Positions 21,896 to 30,930 are shown, counted from the first letter of the stretch. The stretch is 55,483 nucleotides of DNA from Eubacteriales bacterium (GCA_045539995.1 JAZQGJ010000063.1:1-55483), one strand, 5' to 3'. Numbers and translations: made by a program. Notes: generated from the sequence alone by a model not told the origin.

Positions 21896-22110
21896 GCCTT
21901 CCCCTGTGGGCGCCGAAGGCGTGCAGAGCTGAAGGGGCTTGTACCCCTTGTGGGTGCTTGTACCCCTTGTGGTGTAGACCACGAAGTGGTGGATGAGGTT
22001 TTTTCGCCTTTCCCTGTGGGCGCCGAAGGCGTGCAGAGCTGAAGGTGCTTGTACCCCTTGTGGGTACTTGTGCCCCTTGTGGGGTAGACCACGAAGTGGT
22101 GGATGAGGTT
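21896..22110. repeat. Two near-identical ~105 bp GC-rich palindromic (REP-like) units, period 110 bp
   Basis: Copies at 21896-22000 and 22006-22110: GCCTT(C/T)CCCTGTGGGCGCCGAAGGCG...GACCACGAAGTGGTGGATGAGGTT. Confidence 0.9.
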
Positions 22111-22112
22111 AA

Positions 22113-22586
22113 TCAGTCCTCTATAGTCATTTTTTTGATTTTTACGTCAACGCGAGGTCTGTCGGAAAAATCTGTAGGTACTGCGGCAATTTCGTCAACG
22201 ACTTCAATTCCCTCCGTAACACGTCCGAATGCGGCATAAGAGCCGTCAAGATGAGGCGCGTCCGCGTGCATAATAAAGAACTGAGAGGAAGCCGAGTTTG
22301 GCATCTGTGAGCGAGCCATTGAAATTACGCCTCTCTCGTGCTTAAGGTCATTTTTAAATCCGTTGAGCGCAAATTCGCCGACAATTCTTTCGTCCGAGCC
22401 ACCCATTCCGTTTCCGAGAGGGTCTCCGCCCTGAATCATAAAGTTAGGAATAATACGGTGAAAGGTGAGTCCGTCATAAAAGCCGCTTCTGACTAACTTT
22501 TCAAAGTTGGCGACAGTCTTGGGCGCTATTTCGGGATACAGCTCAAGCTTTATTTTTCCGCCGTTTTCCATTTCGATAACTACCAT
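22113..22586 (-). CDS. Cyclophilin-type peptidyl-prolyl cis-trans isomerase
   Basis: FYDGLTFHRIIPNFMIQGGDP, SMAR, SQFFI, HLDGSYAAFG. Confidence 0.93.
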   Translation of the reverse strand: MVVIEMENGGKIKLELYPEIAPKTVANFEKLVRSGFYDGLTFHRIIPNFMIQGGDPLGNGMGGSDERIVGEFALNGFKNDLKHERGVISMARSQMPNSASSQFFIMHADAPHLDGSYAAFGRVTEGIEVVDEIAAVPTDFSDRPRVDVKIKKMTIED

Positions 22587-22667
22587 TTTTAAATCTCCTT
22601 TAAATATTTGTATGTAGAATTGAATATAATATTTGTAAGAATTAAGAAAAAATACACAGAGGGAAAT

Positions 22668-23771
22668 ATGAGCTTCAAAAAAATAGATTTCGTCAGATAC
22701 GCCTCTATAATTATATGTATCGTCGGTGTGCTCTTTGTCGGCTATATCTCATTAAAATACGTGCTCTGGGCGCTTTTGCCCTTTATTATTTCCTGGGGAA
22801 TCGCCTTCGCCGTAAGACCCGTGACTGAATATCTCTATCACAAAACAGGAATTTCAAAAAAGCTCTTGAATTTCATTTTAGTCTTTTTAGCCATGTTTCT
22901 TTTAGGCAGCCTGATATTCGTGATAGTTAGTCAGATTGTACGGGAGATAAGAGACTTTGTCACCTATCTTGAAGAAAATCCGTACGTAATAAGCGACAGC
23001 TTCGAAAGGGCAGAGGAATATATTCAAGGGATAAGAGAAAAGCTCGACTTTTTCGGCAGATACGATTCTGAAACGGGAGTCTTTTTTGGCGCAGACGAAT
23101 ATATAAAATCCTTTATAGAAAACACCACAAGCGAGCTTCTCGGCGCTATTCCCAAGATGCTCGGCAGACTTTTGGTAACCTTTCCGAAGGCTGTGATTTT
23201 TACAATCGTTTCCGTCATTTCGGCATTCTATTTCAGTATGGACTTAAAAGAGGTCAATAGTCAGGTGCTTTCAATTTTTCCTTTAAAGTGGCAGACGCGA
23301 GGAAAAAATCTCAAAAATCTGCTTTTAGGCACGACCTTAAAGTATTTAAGAGCCTATTTCCTTATTATGCTCATTACCTTTTCAATGCTTCTTTTGGGCT
23401 TTTGGATATTGAAAATAAAATACGCCTTGATTTTATCCGCGCTCTTCGCGCTGATAGATTTTCTGCCTGTGCTTGGAGTCGGAGCGTTGCTTGTCCCTTG
23501 GGGAATATTCGAGCTTGTCAGGGGTAACTACAAGCTCGCCATAGGGCTCATCGTTTTATGCGTTGTAATCGCCATAGTCCGTCAGGTGACAGAGCCTAAA
23601 ATAATAGGCGCGAATTTTGGAATTCATCCTCTCTTGACGCTCTTTTCAATGTATCTGGGGCTTTCGCTTTTCGGCGTTACGGGAATGATACTCGCCCCTG
23701 TAGCCGCCGTTACCGTAAAGGGCATTTTCAGTAATGAAAAGGGAAATATGCAAAGCGAAAATCAGACGTAA
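22668..23771 (+). CDS. ytvI: Sporulation integral membrane protein YtvI (AI-2E family)
   Basis: DFLPVLGVG, RQVTEPKIIGANFGIHPL. Confidence 0.8.
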   Translation: MSFKKIDFVRYASIIICIVGVLFVGYISLKYVLWALLPFIISWGIAFAVRPVTEYLYHKTGISKKLLNFILVFLAMFLLGSLIFVIVSQIVREIRDFVTYLEENPYVISDSFERAEEYIQGIREKLDFFGRYDSETGVFFGADEYIKSFIENTTSELLGAIPKMLGRLLVTFPKAVIFTIVSVISAFYFSMDLKEVNSQVLSIFPLKWQTRGKNLKNLLLGTTLKYLRAYFLIMLITFSMLLLGFWILKIKYALILSALFALIDFLPVLGVGALLVPWGIFELVRGNYKLAIGLIVLCVVIAIVRQVTEPKIIGANFGIHPLLTLFSMYLGLSLFGVTGMILAPVAAVTVKGIFSNEKGNMQSENQT

Positions 23772-24485
23772 TCAAATGAATATAATCTTGCCGCAATCTG
23801 CGAGAGGTTCGTCTGAAAGAGATACTGTATTTACACCGCGCTCGGCGGCAAACGCTACAATTTCTTTTGCGTTCGGGTGAGAATTTATATCCCCTATAAA
23901 ATATAAGGTGTTATTAAAAAGACCGCACGCGCCGCCGATAAAGCCGTATTCGTGGCAGGGAAGCGATATGTGACCTTCTTCGATAAGCAGAACGGAAAGC
24001 CCAGCCGTCTCTGCCGCTCTCGAAAGGGACTTGTCCGAGGTTATAATACTGCGAGAGTCAACGGCGCAGCATGAGCAGGCGCTGTAGCCCTGCTTTATAT
24101 TATGCAGGGAAATACCCGTGCTTTCGGCATACCTTAAGACAGTCGGGGAAATATACTTAAGACGTCCGAATAAATGCTTTCCGACAATTGCAGCATTGAA
24201 GATAATATCGTCAGGATAGACCTCGTTTACTTTATCGTAGGTAAGCACTGTTTTTATATCGGGCTTCAATTGAGTCAGAAGAGAAAGCTCTTTACTTGCT
24301 ATAGCTCTGTACTGCTCGTGTACGAAAAGTCTTCCGTTTAAATAAAAGAGCAGCATATCAGGGTGAGATTGCACCGCCGTCTCAAAAGCATCAAACGGAG
24401 GCATAGCTATAACGAAAAAACCGTGCTTTTCCAAAGCCGCCTTGCATTTTTCGCTCATTCTTTCGTCTGTCAGCGCTATATTCAT
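23772..24485 (-). CDS. Hypothetical protein (DUF6873-like, amidinotransferase-type fold)
   Basis: SHPDM, YPDDIIFNA, KQGYSAC, GFIGGACG. Confidence 0.7.
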   Translation of the reverse strand: MNIALTDERMSEKCKAALEKHGFFVIAMPPFDAFETAVQSHPDMLLFYLNGRLFVHEQYRAIASKELSLLTQLKPDIKTVLTYDKVNEVYPDDIIFNAAIVGKHLFGRLKYISPTVLRYAESTGISLHNIKQGYSACSCCAVDSRSIITSDKSLSRAAETAGLSVLLIEEGHISLPCHEYGFIGGACGLFNNTLYFIGDINSHPNAKEIVAFAAERGVNTVSLSDEPLADCGKIIFI

Positions 24486-24513
24486 AAAAGCCTCCGTAAG
24501 TAGAATTCAAAAT

Positions 24514-24544
24514 AAAAAACCGCCAATACAAAAGGCGGTTTTTT
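24514..24544 (-). terminator. rpmB terminator
   Basis: AAAAAACCGCC...GGCGGTTTTTT. Confidence 0.7.
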
Positions 24545-24549
24545 ATTTG

Positions 24550-24735
24550 TTACGCACGCTCAACCTTGCCTGAACGCAGACAACGGGAACATACGTTAAC
24601 TGTCTTGTTAGAGCCGTTAACAACCGCTTTTACTCTACGAATGTTAGGCTTCCAAGTTCTGTTGGTTTTACGGTGTGAGTGAGAAACGGTGTTTCCGAAA
24701 ACAACGCTTTTACCGCAGATAGAACACTTTGCCAT
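24550..24735 (-). CDS. rpmB: 50S ribosomal protein L28 (zinc-ribbon type)
   Basis: MAKCSICGK...SHSHRKTNRTWKPN...CSRCLRS; RBS AGGAGG. Confidence 0.95.
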   Translation of the reverse strand: MAKCSICGKSVVFGNTVSHSHRKTNRTWKPNIRRVKAVVNGSNKTVNVCSRCLRSGKVERA

Positions 24736-26359
24736 TACCTGACACCTCCTAAACGATGCAATGATATTTATATATTTTATTTACATCATAAATTGACGAA
24801 TGATATTATAACACATATTTTCAATAAATGCAAGAGGTATTTTTATTTTTTAGCAAAAAAAATGAAAAAGTTACCTACTTTTTTCTGAAAAAAACTGTAC
24901 AAAGCGCCGAAAGTACCTTAAAGGACTCTTTGTGTGTCATAGCTTGTTTGTTTTTTTACAGCTTCTTGGCGGTATTTCTTGAACTCAGGATATCGTTTAT
25001 CGTATTCTTCCAATATCGCTTGGCTTTCTTCCGCCGTGAGCGCTATCCTCTCGCCGTTGACATCCTTTGCCAATACCGACTTGTTCGCCTCTGGAACGAA
25101 TTCGTCAATCGTCTTTTTTAGCTTTTTTGTCGCCTTATTCAGCGCATTGTGTTCCGCCTTTAATGACTTTAACTTTTCACGTATACGTGTTGCTTCAATT
25201 CTCGAATCTACATTATCAGCGTCCTTAAGCTTCTCAAGCAGAGCGTTATTGACGTCGATATCTCGCTTTAGCTTACCAATGTCATTCTCGATTTCCTTCA
25301 GCTTTTGCTTGTTTTGCTCGTTTCTCTCGATAGACCTCTTTTCGAGCGACATACGGTCTATGTTGTGCGCGTGGTAACAAGAAGCGTAAAACGCTCGCTC
25401 GTAGTCCTTGCCCTTTGCCTTTATCGGTTGAAGAATTTTACCTAAACCGTCGCCCTCGTTTACGATTTTCCCGTTGCGAATAGTAAAACGCTCGCCGCCG
25501 ATCATTTCCTGAGCCTGAGCTCTCGATGCCCGCACATTGTTCGTCCACTTTTCGATATCCTTTACGCCCATTTTTTTGCCCGCGTATTCGATACCCGCTT
25601 GTTGATTAGTAAACTGTATCTGTGTAGCAATAACGGCAGGTATTACACCGTTCTTCATCGCAGTAGCGCCATCTACTATCGTTTCCTTTGCGGTTTTCTT
25701 CGTGACAGTATGCACCATTCCCGAAGCAGAGTCGAAATCGAGTGATAAAACAGAGTCTAAATTAGAATAATCTTCAAAATTACGCGTTTCTTTTATTTTA
25801 TTGTTAGTTAAGCGTGACTTAAACTGCTCGTGTATTTTTGATAATTCATTAATATAAGCATCAAAATCATAGAAGGCGTCCTTTATCCAATTAAAGTCAA
25901 AATTAGGATTGTCAAAAATCTGTCCGTTTTCAAAACCATAAACGACCGCATTTAATTCATCGTAGAAACGAATGACCTGTTCGTCGCTCATATTAAAAAC
26001 ATCAACATTTATGTGATTTGAAATGAGGGCGAAAAGTTTATCGCATTCTTTTGAACTCATGTTTAACATATCAATCGTATGAGAGATAAACTCTAGATAT
26101 GGTTTAAATCTTTGTTGCTTCATTACATGAGTTGTTTCGTGTGCTACAACTGTACGGAGAGTGTCTTTGTCAATATTCTCAGAAATGTATATTTTTCCAA
26201 AACCGGCACAGGCTGGATTTTTTCTATTCCAAGCAGATTTTTTAACAACATAGCATTCTACACCATAAAGATTTTTAATGGTATTTTGAGCTTTATACAA
26301 TTCCGACGATTCGTCAGGAACTATATAATTATTTTCATTATAAAGCCATTCTGTATTCT

Positions 26360-26524
26360 TTAATCCTCTATGCTGTCGTTCAGCAGAGCTATTTTCTCGA
26401 ACTCCGCCTTGTGCTTCTCCCATTCTTTTTTGTATTCGGGATCTGTTGCTATTCTCTCTTGATTTCTCTTTATAGCTTCCATTATTTGCTGACTTTGTTC
26501 TTCCTTGATCAGCTTCTTCTCCAT
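26360..26524 (-). CDS. Nested +1-frame small ORF C, 54 aa (MEKKLIKEEQSQQIMEAIKRNQERIATDPEYKKEWEKHKAEFEKIALLNDSIED)
   Basis: RBS AAGGAAGTG (26539-26531) before ATG 26524; helical charged sequence; host frame here is an R/G/S/N-rich linker. Confidence 0.55.
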   Translation of the reverse strand: MEKKLIKEEQSQQIMEAIKRNQERIATDPEYKKEWEKHKAEFEKIALLNDSIED

Positions 26525-26584
26525 TTTTATCACTTCCTTTGTTATGATTATGCACGTCTCCGTCCTCGTCCGACAGGGCGTATC

Positions 26585-26812
26585 TTACATTTGTTTCTCC
26601 ATTTTCTCCAAGTGCTTGAGAATGTCCGCTTCCGTATTCTTCGGATCCTCGATTATCTTGATCAGCTCCTCGGCTCTCTTGTCCGCTGCTTCTCCTCCGT
26701 ACTTCTTGCTGATACTGCTCAAATGATTTAGTATCTTCTCTACGGTATTCTTTTGCGAAACCTTCTTGTTCAAAGTACGGCAAATAAGAATCCGACCACG
26801 TCCCTCTTTCAT
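26585..26812 (-). CDS. Nested +1-frame small ORF B, 75 aa (MKEGRGRILICRTLNKKVSQKNTVEKILNHLSS...DILKHLEKMEKQM)
   Basis: RBS GAGGAGG (26825-26819), 6 nt before ATG 26812; amphipathic helices; host frame is low complexity over the 3' part. Confidence 0.55.
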   Translation of the reverse strand: MKEGRGRILICRTLNKKVSQKNTVEKILNHLSSISKKYGGEAADKRAEELIKIIEDPKNTEADILKHLEKMEKQM

Positions 26813-27107
26813 AAATAGCCTCCTCATATATTTCCATTTCTACTTCCGTTTGGGCATCAAATCTTACAACTCTCGAAATCTTAAAGTTGTTTTTAGTGCC
26901 TTTAACGAAAACAAATACATTATTTACGCCAAGCTTAGTATGTGGCTCATTGTTTACCTTGATGATAGCCTCGCCTTTCGATGACCTCTTAAAAGTGCGA
27001 AGCGTATACCGCGCCTGTATCTTAGAATATAAATCGTCAAGCTCGTTTTTCGATAAAGCATTAGCCTCTCTCGCCCAGCCGAATTGTTCATACTGTCCTT
27101 TAGTGTA

Positions 27108-27136
27108 ATTATATCCCTTATCGCCGTTGTTGTCAT
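27108..27136 (-). promoter_or_regulatory. Intragenic sigma70-type promoter within the polyvalent gene
   Basis: ATGACA(27136-27131)-17 bp-TATAAT(27113-27108), encoded by NDNNGDKGYN just after the RYALSD linker. Confidence 0.5.
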
Positions 27137-27856
27137 TGGAAGAGTCAGACAAAGCATAGCGGATATTGCCATCATCACGCCAAAACATATTATCTATCGC
27201 CGTAGCAAAACGTTCACTTTTAGCTTTTATAAGGCTAATCGTATGCTTTTTTTCGTTGAACTGCCCTTTTACTACAAGGTTTTTATAACTTTCGTTCCTT
27301 GCATTATCAGAAATCACAAAAATATCAGCATAAGCATTTCCGGCATTTAAAAGTGCCGTCATTCTATGCCGCCCCTCGTGAGATATAACCTCTCCGTTTT
27401 TTACGTCTACTTTCAGATACATGTATTCGCCAGAAGTGTTCTTAATGTTTTCTACAGGAACGGTTTGAGAAATTTTGCTTGATGCGGAGTAAATTTGTCT
27501 TTGGACTACATTGCTCTCGGTTGTCATATCTAAAAACTGTTGTATCGGAATTCTCGTTATATATGCATCTGGGAACAAACTAAGAAATTTATCTCTTCTT
27601 TCCTCGGAAATATGGGCGATTTTATTCTCATCAACATTGCGTTCTATCGGTTTAATTGTGTCAAGAATGTCTACAAAACTTGTCTCGGTTGTGTTTTCGG
27701 GTATAAACAGATTATTATCATCAACAATAAATTCGTTTGCTTCATCAGAACGCATTTTTAAAAAAAACAAATTGATATCTTCTTTTTTTGCATGCCAAAC
27801 AAGAATATCCTGCGTTTCTGTTCTTGGTCTCTGATAAATATCTTCAGCGAGGGAAT

Positions 27857-28027
27857 TTATTTTTTCTTTGTCTTTTTGCTTTGTAAGGACTTCAGATATG
27901 CGTCGTGTTCTTCCGTGGACATCGGAAAAGGAAATACTTCGCCATCTATTATCGTTCCCCAGCAGTGCCTCTTTATCTGATCCTCTGCTGTAGAGGTTTT
28001 TATTTCCGTTTGTTTCTTCTCTACCAT
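27857..28027 (-). CDS. Nested +1-frame small ORF A, 56 aa (MVEKKQTEIKTSTAEDQIKRHCWGTIIDGEVFPFPMSTEEHDAYLKSLQSKKTKKK)
   Basis: RBS AAGGAG (28039-28034), 6 nt before ATG 28027; dedicated promoter about 40 bp upstream. Confidence 0.6.
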   Translation of the reverse strand: MVEKKQTEIKTSTAEDQIKRHCWGTIIDGEVFPFPMSTEEHDAYLKSLQSKKTKKK

Positions 28028-28064
28028 CATTTGCTCCTTTTTTAGTGGTGTTTCTATTTGTTTC

Positions 28065-28093
28065 ATTATACCATTTTTCGCCCTTTTCGTCAA
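28065..28093 (-). promoter_or_regulatory. Intragenic near-consensus sigma70 promoter
   Basis: TTGACG(28093-28088)-17 bp-TATAAT(28070-28065) with extended TGn, encoded by IDEKGEKWYN. Confidence 0.7.
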
Positions 28094-28932
28094 TACTGAA
28101 AGCATTTTTTCTCGCCTCAGTTACGTCAGAGGTTTCCCGATACGCCTTTTCGAAATTATGTTTTACCCTTTCAAGCGCTCTTAATTCTTTGCTACCTGCT
28201 GTGGCAATCTTACACAAATACTTAATTTCGTCAAAAATCTTTTGGAACACGTTTCTGTGATTTGCAGCCAAATTTAAGACAAAATTATAGTCATTGAAAA
28301 GGTAGTCGCCTACTAAATCTGACGTAAGCTCTTCTAAAATAGCCTCGTCGGTTGTTTCAATACCCTTGTATCTTTCTTTTAAAGCGTTAAGCCTTGTTTG
28401 ATACTCTTTTTTTGTTTTCGCATACTCAAATATTGCATCCTGTAGCTTCTTGTAGTGTTCTGTTCCCTCTAAGCTATGCGTTACTTCGTGTCCGACAATA
28501 GTATTTAAAGCTCTTTCTGAATTGAGGTTTAAAGTAATGCCATTGTTAGTAATGTTACCGTCAACAGTAATTTTTCCGCTTTGGACTTTTGTTAACTTTT
28601 CGCTTAAGTTCTTTAATTCCTGACTCTGCGCTTCTGTGCGCTGAGGAGTAGGGATATTAGCAAGCTGTTCGATTCTATCACTCAACTGTTTTTCTACAGT
28701 TGCCTTTAATGTTTCATTATCTGCAAAATCAAATACTAAGCCTTTATCAGCAGAAGCTTTTACAGCTAAGTCAAACAAATCTCGTGTACGATTAGTATTA
28801 TTCAGTCCCGCTTTGCGAGCATTTTCAATTGTCTTGTTTACCGCATCTTGATTTTTCGAGCCTTGATATTTGGTATCATCAATTTCAAGTGATTGTCCTA
28901 CTCTCGCTTCGTCTTTGAGCTACCGTTTTTAC

Positions 28933-28971
28933 CTCGCCGTTTGTCTTTTCGAGACTTGCGGCGAGTTTTTT
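28933..28971 (+). terminator. Plus-strand Rho-independent terminator at the right edge of the phage-gene fragment
   Basis: CTCGCCG...GTCT-TTTCG-AGAC...CGGCGAG followed by TTTTTT. Confidence 0.6.
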
Positions 28972-29106
28972 ATATGTATCGGATATTTGAACCACTTAGG
29001 TGAGACTTTTATTAAAAAATATGTAAATATTTTTTCGAAAGCTATTGTATTTGTCAAAAAATGTGATATAATATTTAAGTTAATTTATATATAAGAGGTA
29101 AATAAT

Positions 29107-30930
29107 TTGAAACGTACGGACTTAAGAAACGTCGCTATTATAGCGCACGTAGACCACGGAAAGACCACGCTTGTTGATGAAATGCTTAGACAGGGTGGTG
29201 TATACCGTGAAAATCAGGTGACAGAAGAAAGAGTAATGGACAATAACGCAATAGAAAAGGAGCGAGGAATTACTATCCTTGCAAAAAATACTGCGGTCCA
29301 TTACGGCGACGTAAAAATAAATATAGTAGATACCCCAGGTCACGCAGACTTCGGCGGAGAGGTTGAGCGAATACTCAAAATGGTTAACGGAGTTATCCTT
29401 TTGGTTGACGCGGCAGAGGGCCCTATGCCCCAGACGCGCTTCGTTTTAGAGAAGGCGCTTTCTCTTAATCACAGAGTCATTGTTGTTGTTAACAAGATAG
29501 ACCGTCCCGACGCAAGACTTGAAGAGGTTGAAGAGGAGGTCCTTGAGCTGCTTATGGATTTGAACGCAACCGACGAGCAGCTTGACTCTCCTATGCTTTT
29601 CTGCTCGGGCAGAGCAGGTACGGCGTCTCTTTCTCCTTACGAAAAGGGAACTGACCTTAAGCCCCTTTTCGACACTATTCTTGATTACATTCCTTGCCCT
29701 GAGGGAGAGGAAACCGATCTTCAGCTTCTTGTTTCCGCTATCGACTATAACGATTACGTCGGAAGAATAGGTATAGGACGCATAGAGAGAGGTGCTCTTA
29801 AAACTAATCAGGAGATAGCAATATCTAATTATCATTCGCAGGGAGCGCATAAGCGCGCCAAGATAGTATCTATATATCAGTTTGACGGTCTTAATCGTGT
29901 TAAGGTCGATGAAGCAAAGGTAGGAGATATAGTATGCTTCTCGGGCGCTGAAGATATAAATATAGGCGACACAGTGACCTCTCTTACAGCGATAGAGCCT
30001 CTTGAATTTGTCAAGGTGAGCGAGCCGACTATGGAAATGACCTTCTCGGTAAACGATAGCCCCTTTGCAGGCAGAGAGGGAAAATACGTTACGAGCCGTC
30101 ACCTACGTGAGAGACTCTACAAAGAGCTTCTGAAGGACGTCTCCTTGCGTGTAACAGACGGAGATACAACCGAGAGCTTTAAAGTAGCGGGCAGAGGAGA
30201 AATGCATCTTTCTATCCTCATCGAAACTATGCGCAGAGAGGGCTATGAGCTTGCCTGTTCAACTCCTCGCGTTCTCTTTAAGGATATAGACGGAGTAAAG
30301 CACGAGCCTATCGAGCGCGTTGAAATAGACGTTCCTGAGGAATATATGGGCTCTGTAATGGAAAAGCTGGGCGCGAGAAAGGGCGAGCTTCTCGATATGC
30401 AGCTACGTGGCTCAAGACAGAGACTTTTCTATCTCATTCCCACACGCTGCCTTTTCGGCTACAGAAGTGAATTTATGACCGATACAAGAGGAGAGGGAAT
30501 ACTCAATACTATTTTTGAAGGCTACGCCCCCTATAAGGGAGATATAAACGTTCGCTTTACAGGCTCGCTTGTCGCAAGCGAAACGGGAGAAACGACGAGC
30601 TACGGTCTTTATTATACGCAGGACAGAGGTCCTTTGTTTGTCGGACCTGCCGTTTCTGTATATGAGGGAATGATAGTAGGCGAGAACCCCAAGCAGGGAG
30701 ATATAAGCGTAAACGTATGCAAGAAAAAGCATTTAACAGCAGTTCGCTCTAAGGGCGCTGACGAGGCGCTGACTCTTATCACACCGAAAAACATGAGCTT
30801 GGAGGAGGCCATTGAGTTTATTGCTGAGGACGAGCTTATCGAGGTAACTCCGAAAAATATACGCCTGCGTAAAACGATACTCGACACCCCCACTCGTCTG
30901 AAGGCGGAAGCTCAAAGAAGAAAAGCATAA
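29107..30930 (+). CDS. typA: Translational GTPase TypA/BipA
   Basis: NVAIIAHVDHGKTT, ERGITILAKN, DTPGHADFGGEVER, C-terminal ELIEVTPKNIRLRK; TTG start after GAGGT. Confidence 0.95.
   Translation: MKRTDLRNVAIIAHVDHGKTTLVDEMLRQGGVYRENQVTEERVMDNNAIEKERGITILAKNTAVHYGDVKINIVDTPGHADFGGEVERILKMVNGVILLVDAAEGPMPQTRFVLEKALSLNHRVIVVVNKIDRPDARLEEVEEEVLELLMDLNATDEQLDSPMLFCSGRAGTASLSPYEKGTDLKPLFDTILDYIPCPEGEETDLQLLVSAIDYNDYVGRIGIGRIERGALKTNQEIAISNYHSQGAHKRAKIVSIYQFDGLNRVKVDEAKVGDIVCFSGAEDINIGDTVTSLTAIEPLEFVKVSEPTMEMTFSVNDSPFAGREGKYVTSRHLRERLYKELLKDVSLRVTDGDTTESFKVAGRGEMHLSILIETMRREGYELACSTPRVLFKDIDGVKHEPIERVEIDVPEEYMGSVMEKLGARKGELLDMQLRGSRQRLFYLIPTRCLFGYRSEFMTDTRGEGILNTIFEGYAPYKGDINVRFTGSLVASETGETTSYGLYYTQDRGPLFVGPAVSVYEGMIVGENPKQGDISVNVCKKKHLTAVRSKGADEALTLITPKNMSLEEAIEFIAEDELIEVTPKNIRLRKTILDTPTRLKAEAQRRKA

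Larger units (their letters stand above)
24918..28919 (-). pseudogene. Internal fragment of a phage/MGE large polyvalent protein gene (two zincin-like HExxH domains, a ParB/Srx-like domain, RYALS linkers); frame intact but apparently truncated at both ends
   Basis: Frame open for 1334 codons, 47 of them upstream of the first TTG (28778), which has no RBS. Motifs GHEVTH..EE.TSD, HEGRHRMTAL, AHETTH..DELNA and 2x RYALSD. No other phage genes nearby. Confidence 0.7.

Noticed and set aside
26954-27178. Fourth +1-frame ORF (74 aa) inside the polyvalent gene
   Set aside because: No Shine-Dalgarno, not protein-like, and the host frame is globular there
24918-28919. Intact prophage or ICE
   Set aside because: Only one partial gene; no integrase, structural or conjugation genes; no att repeats recognised
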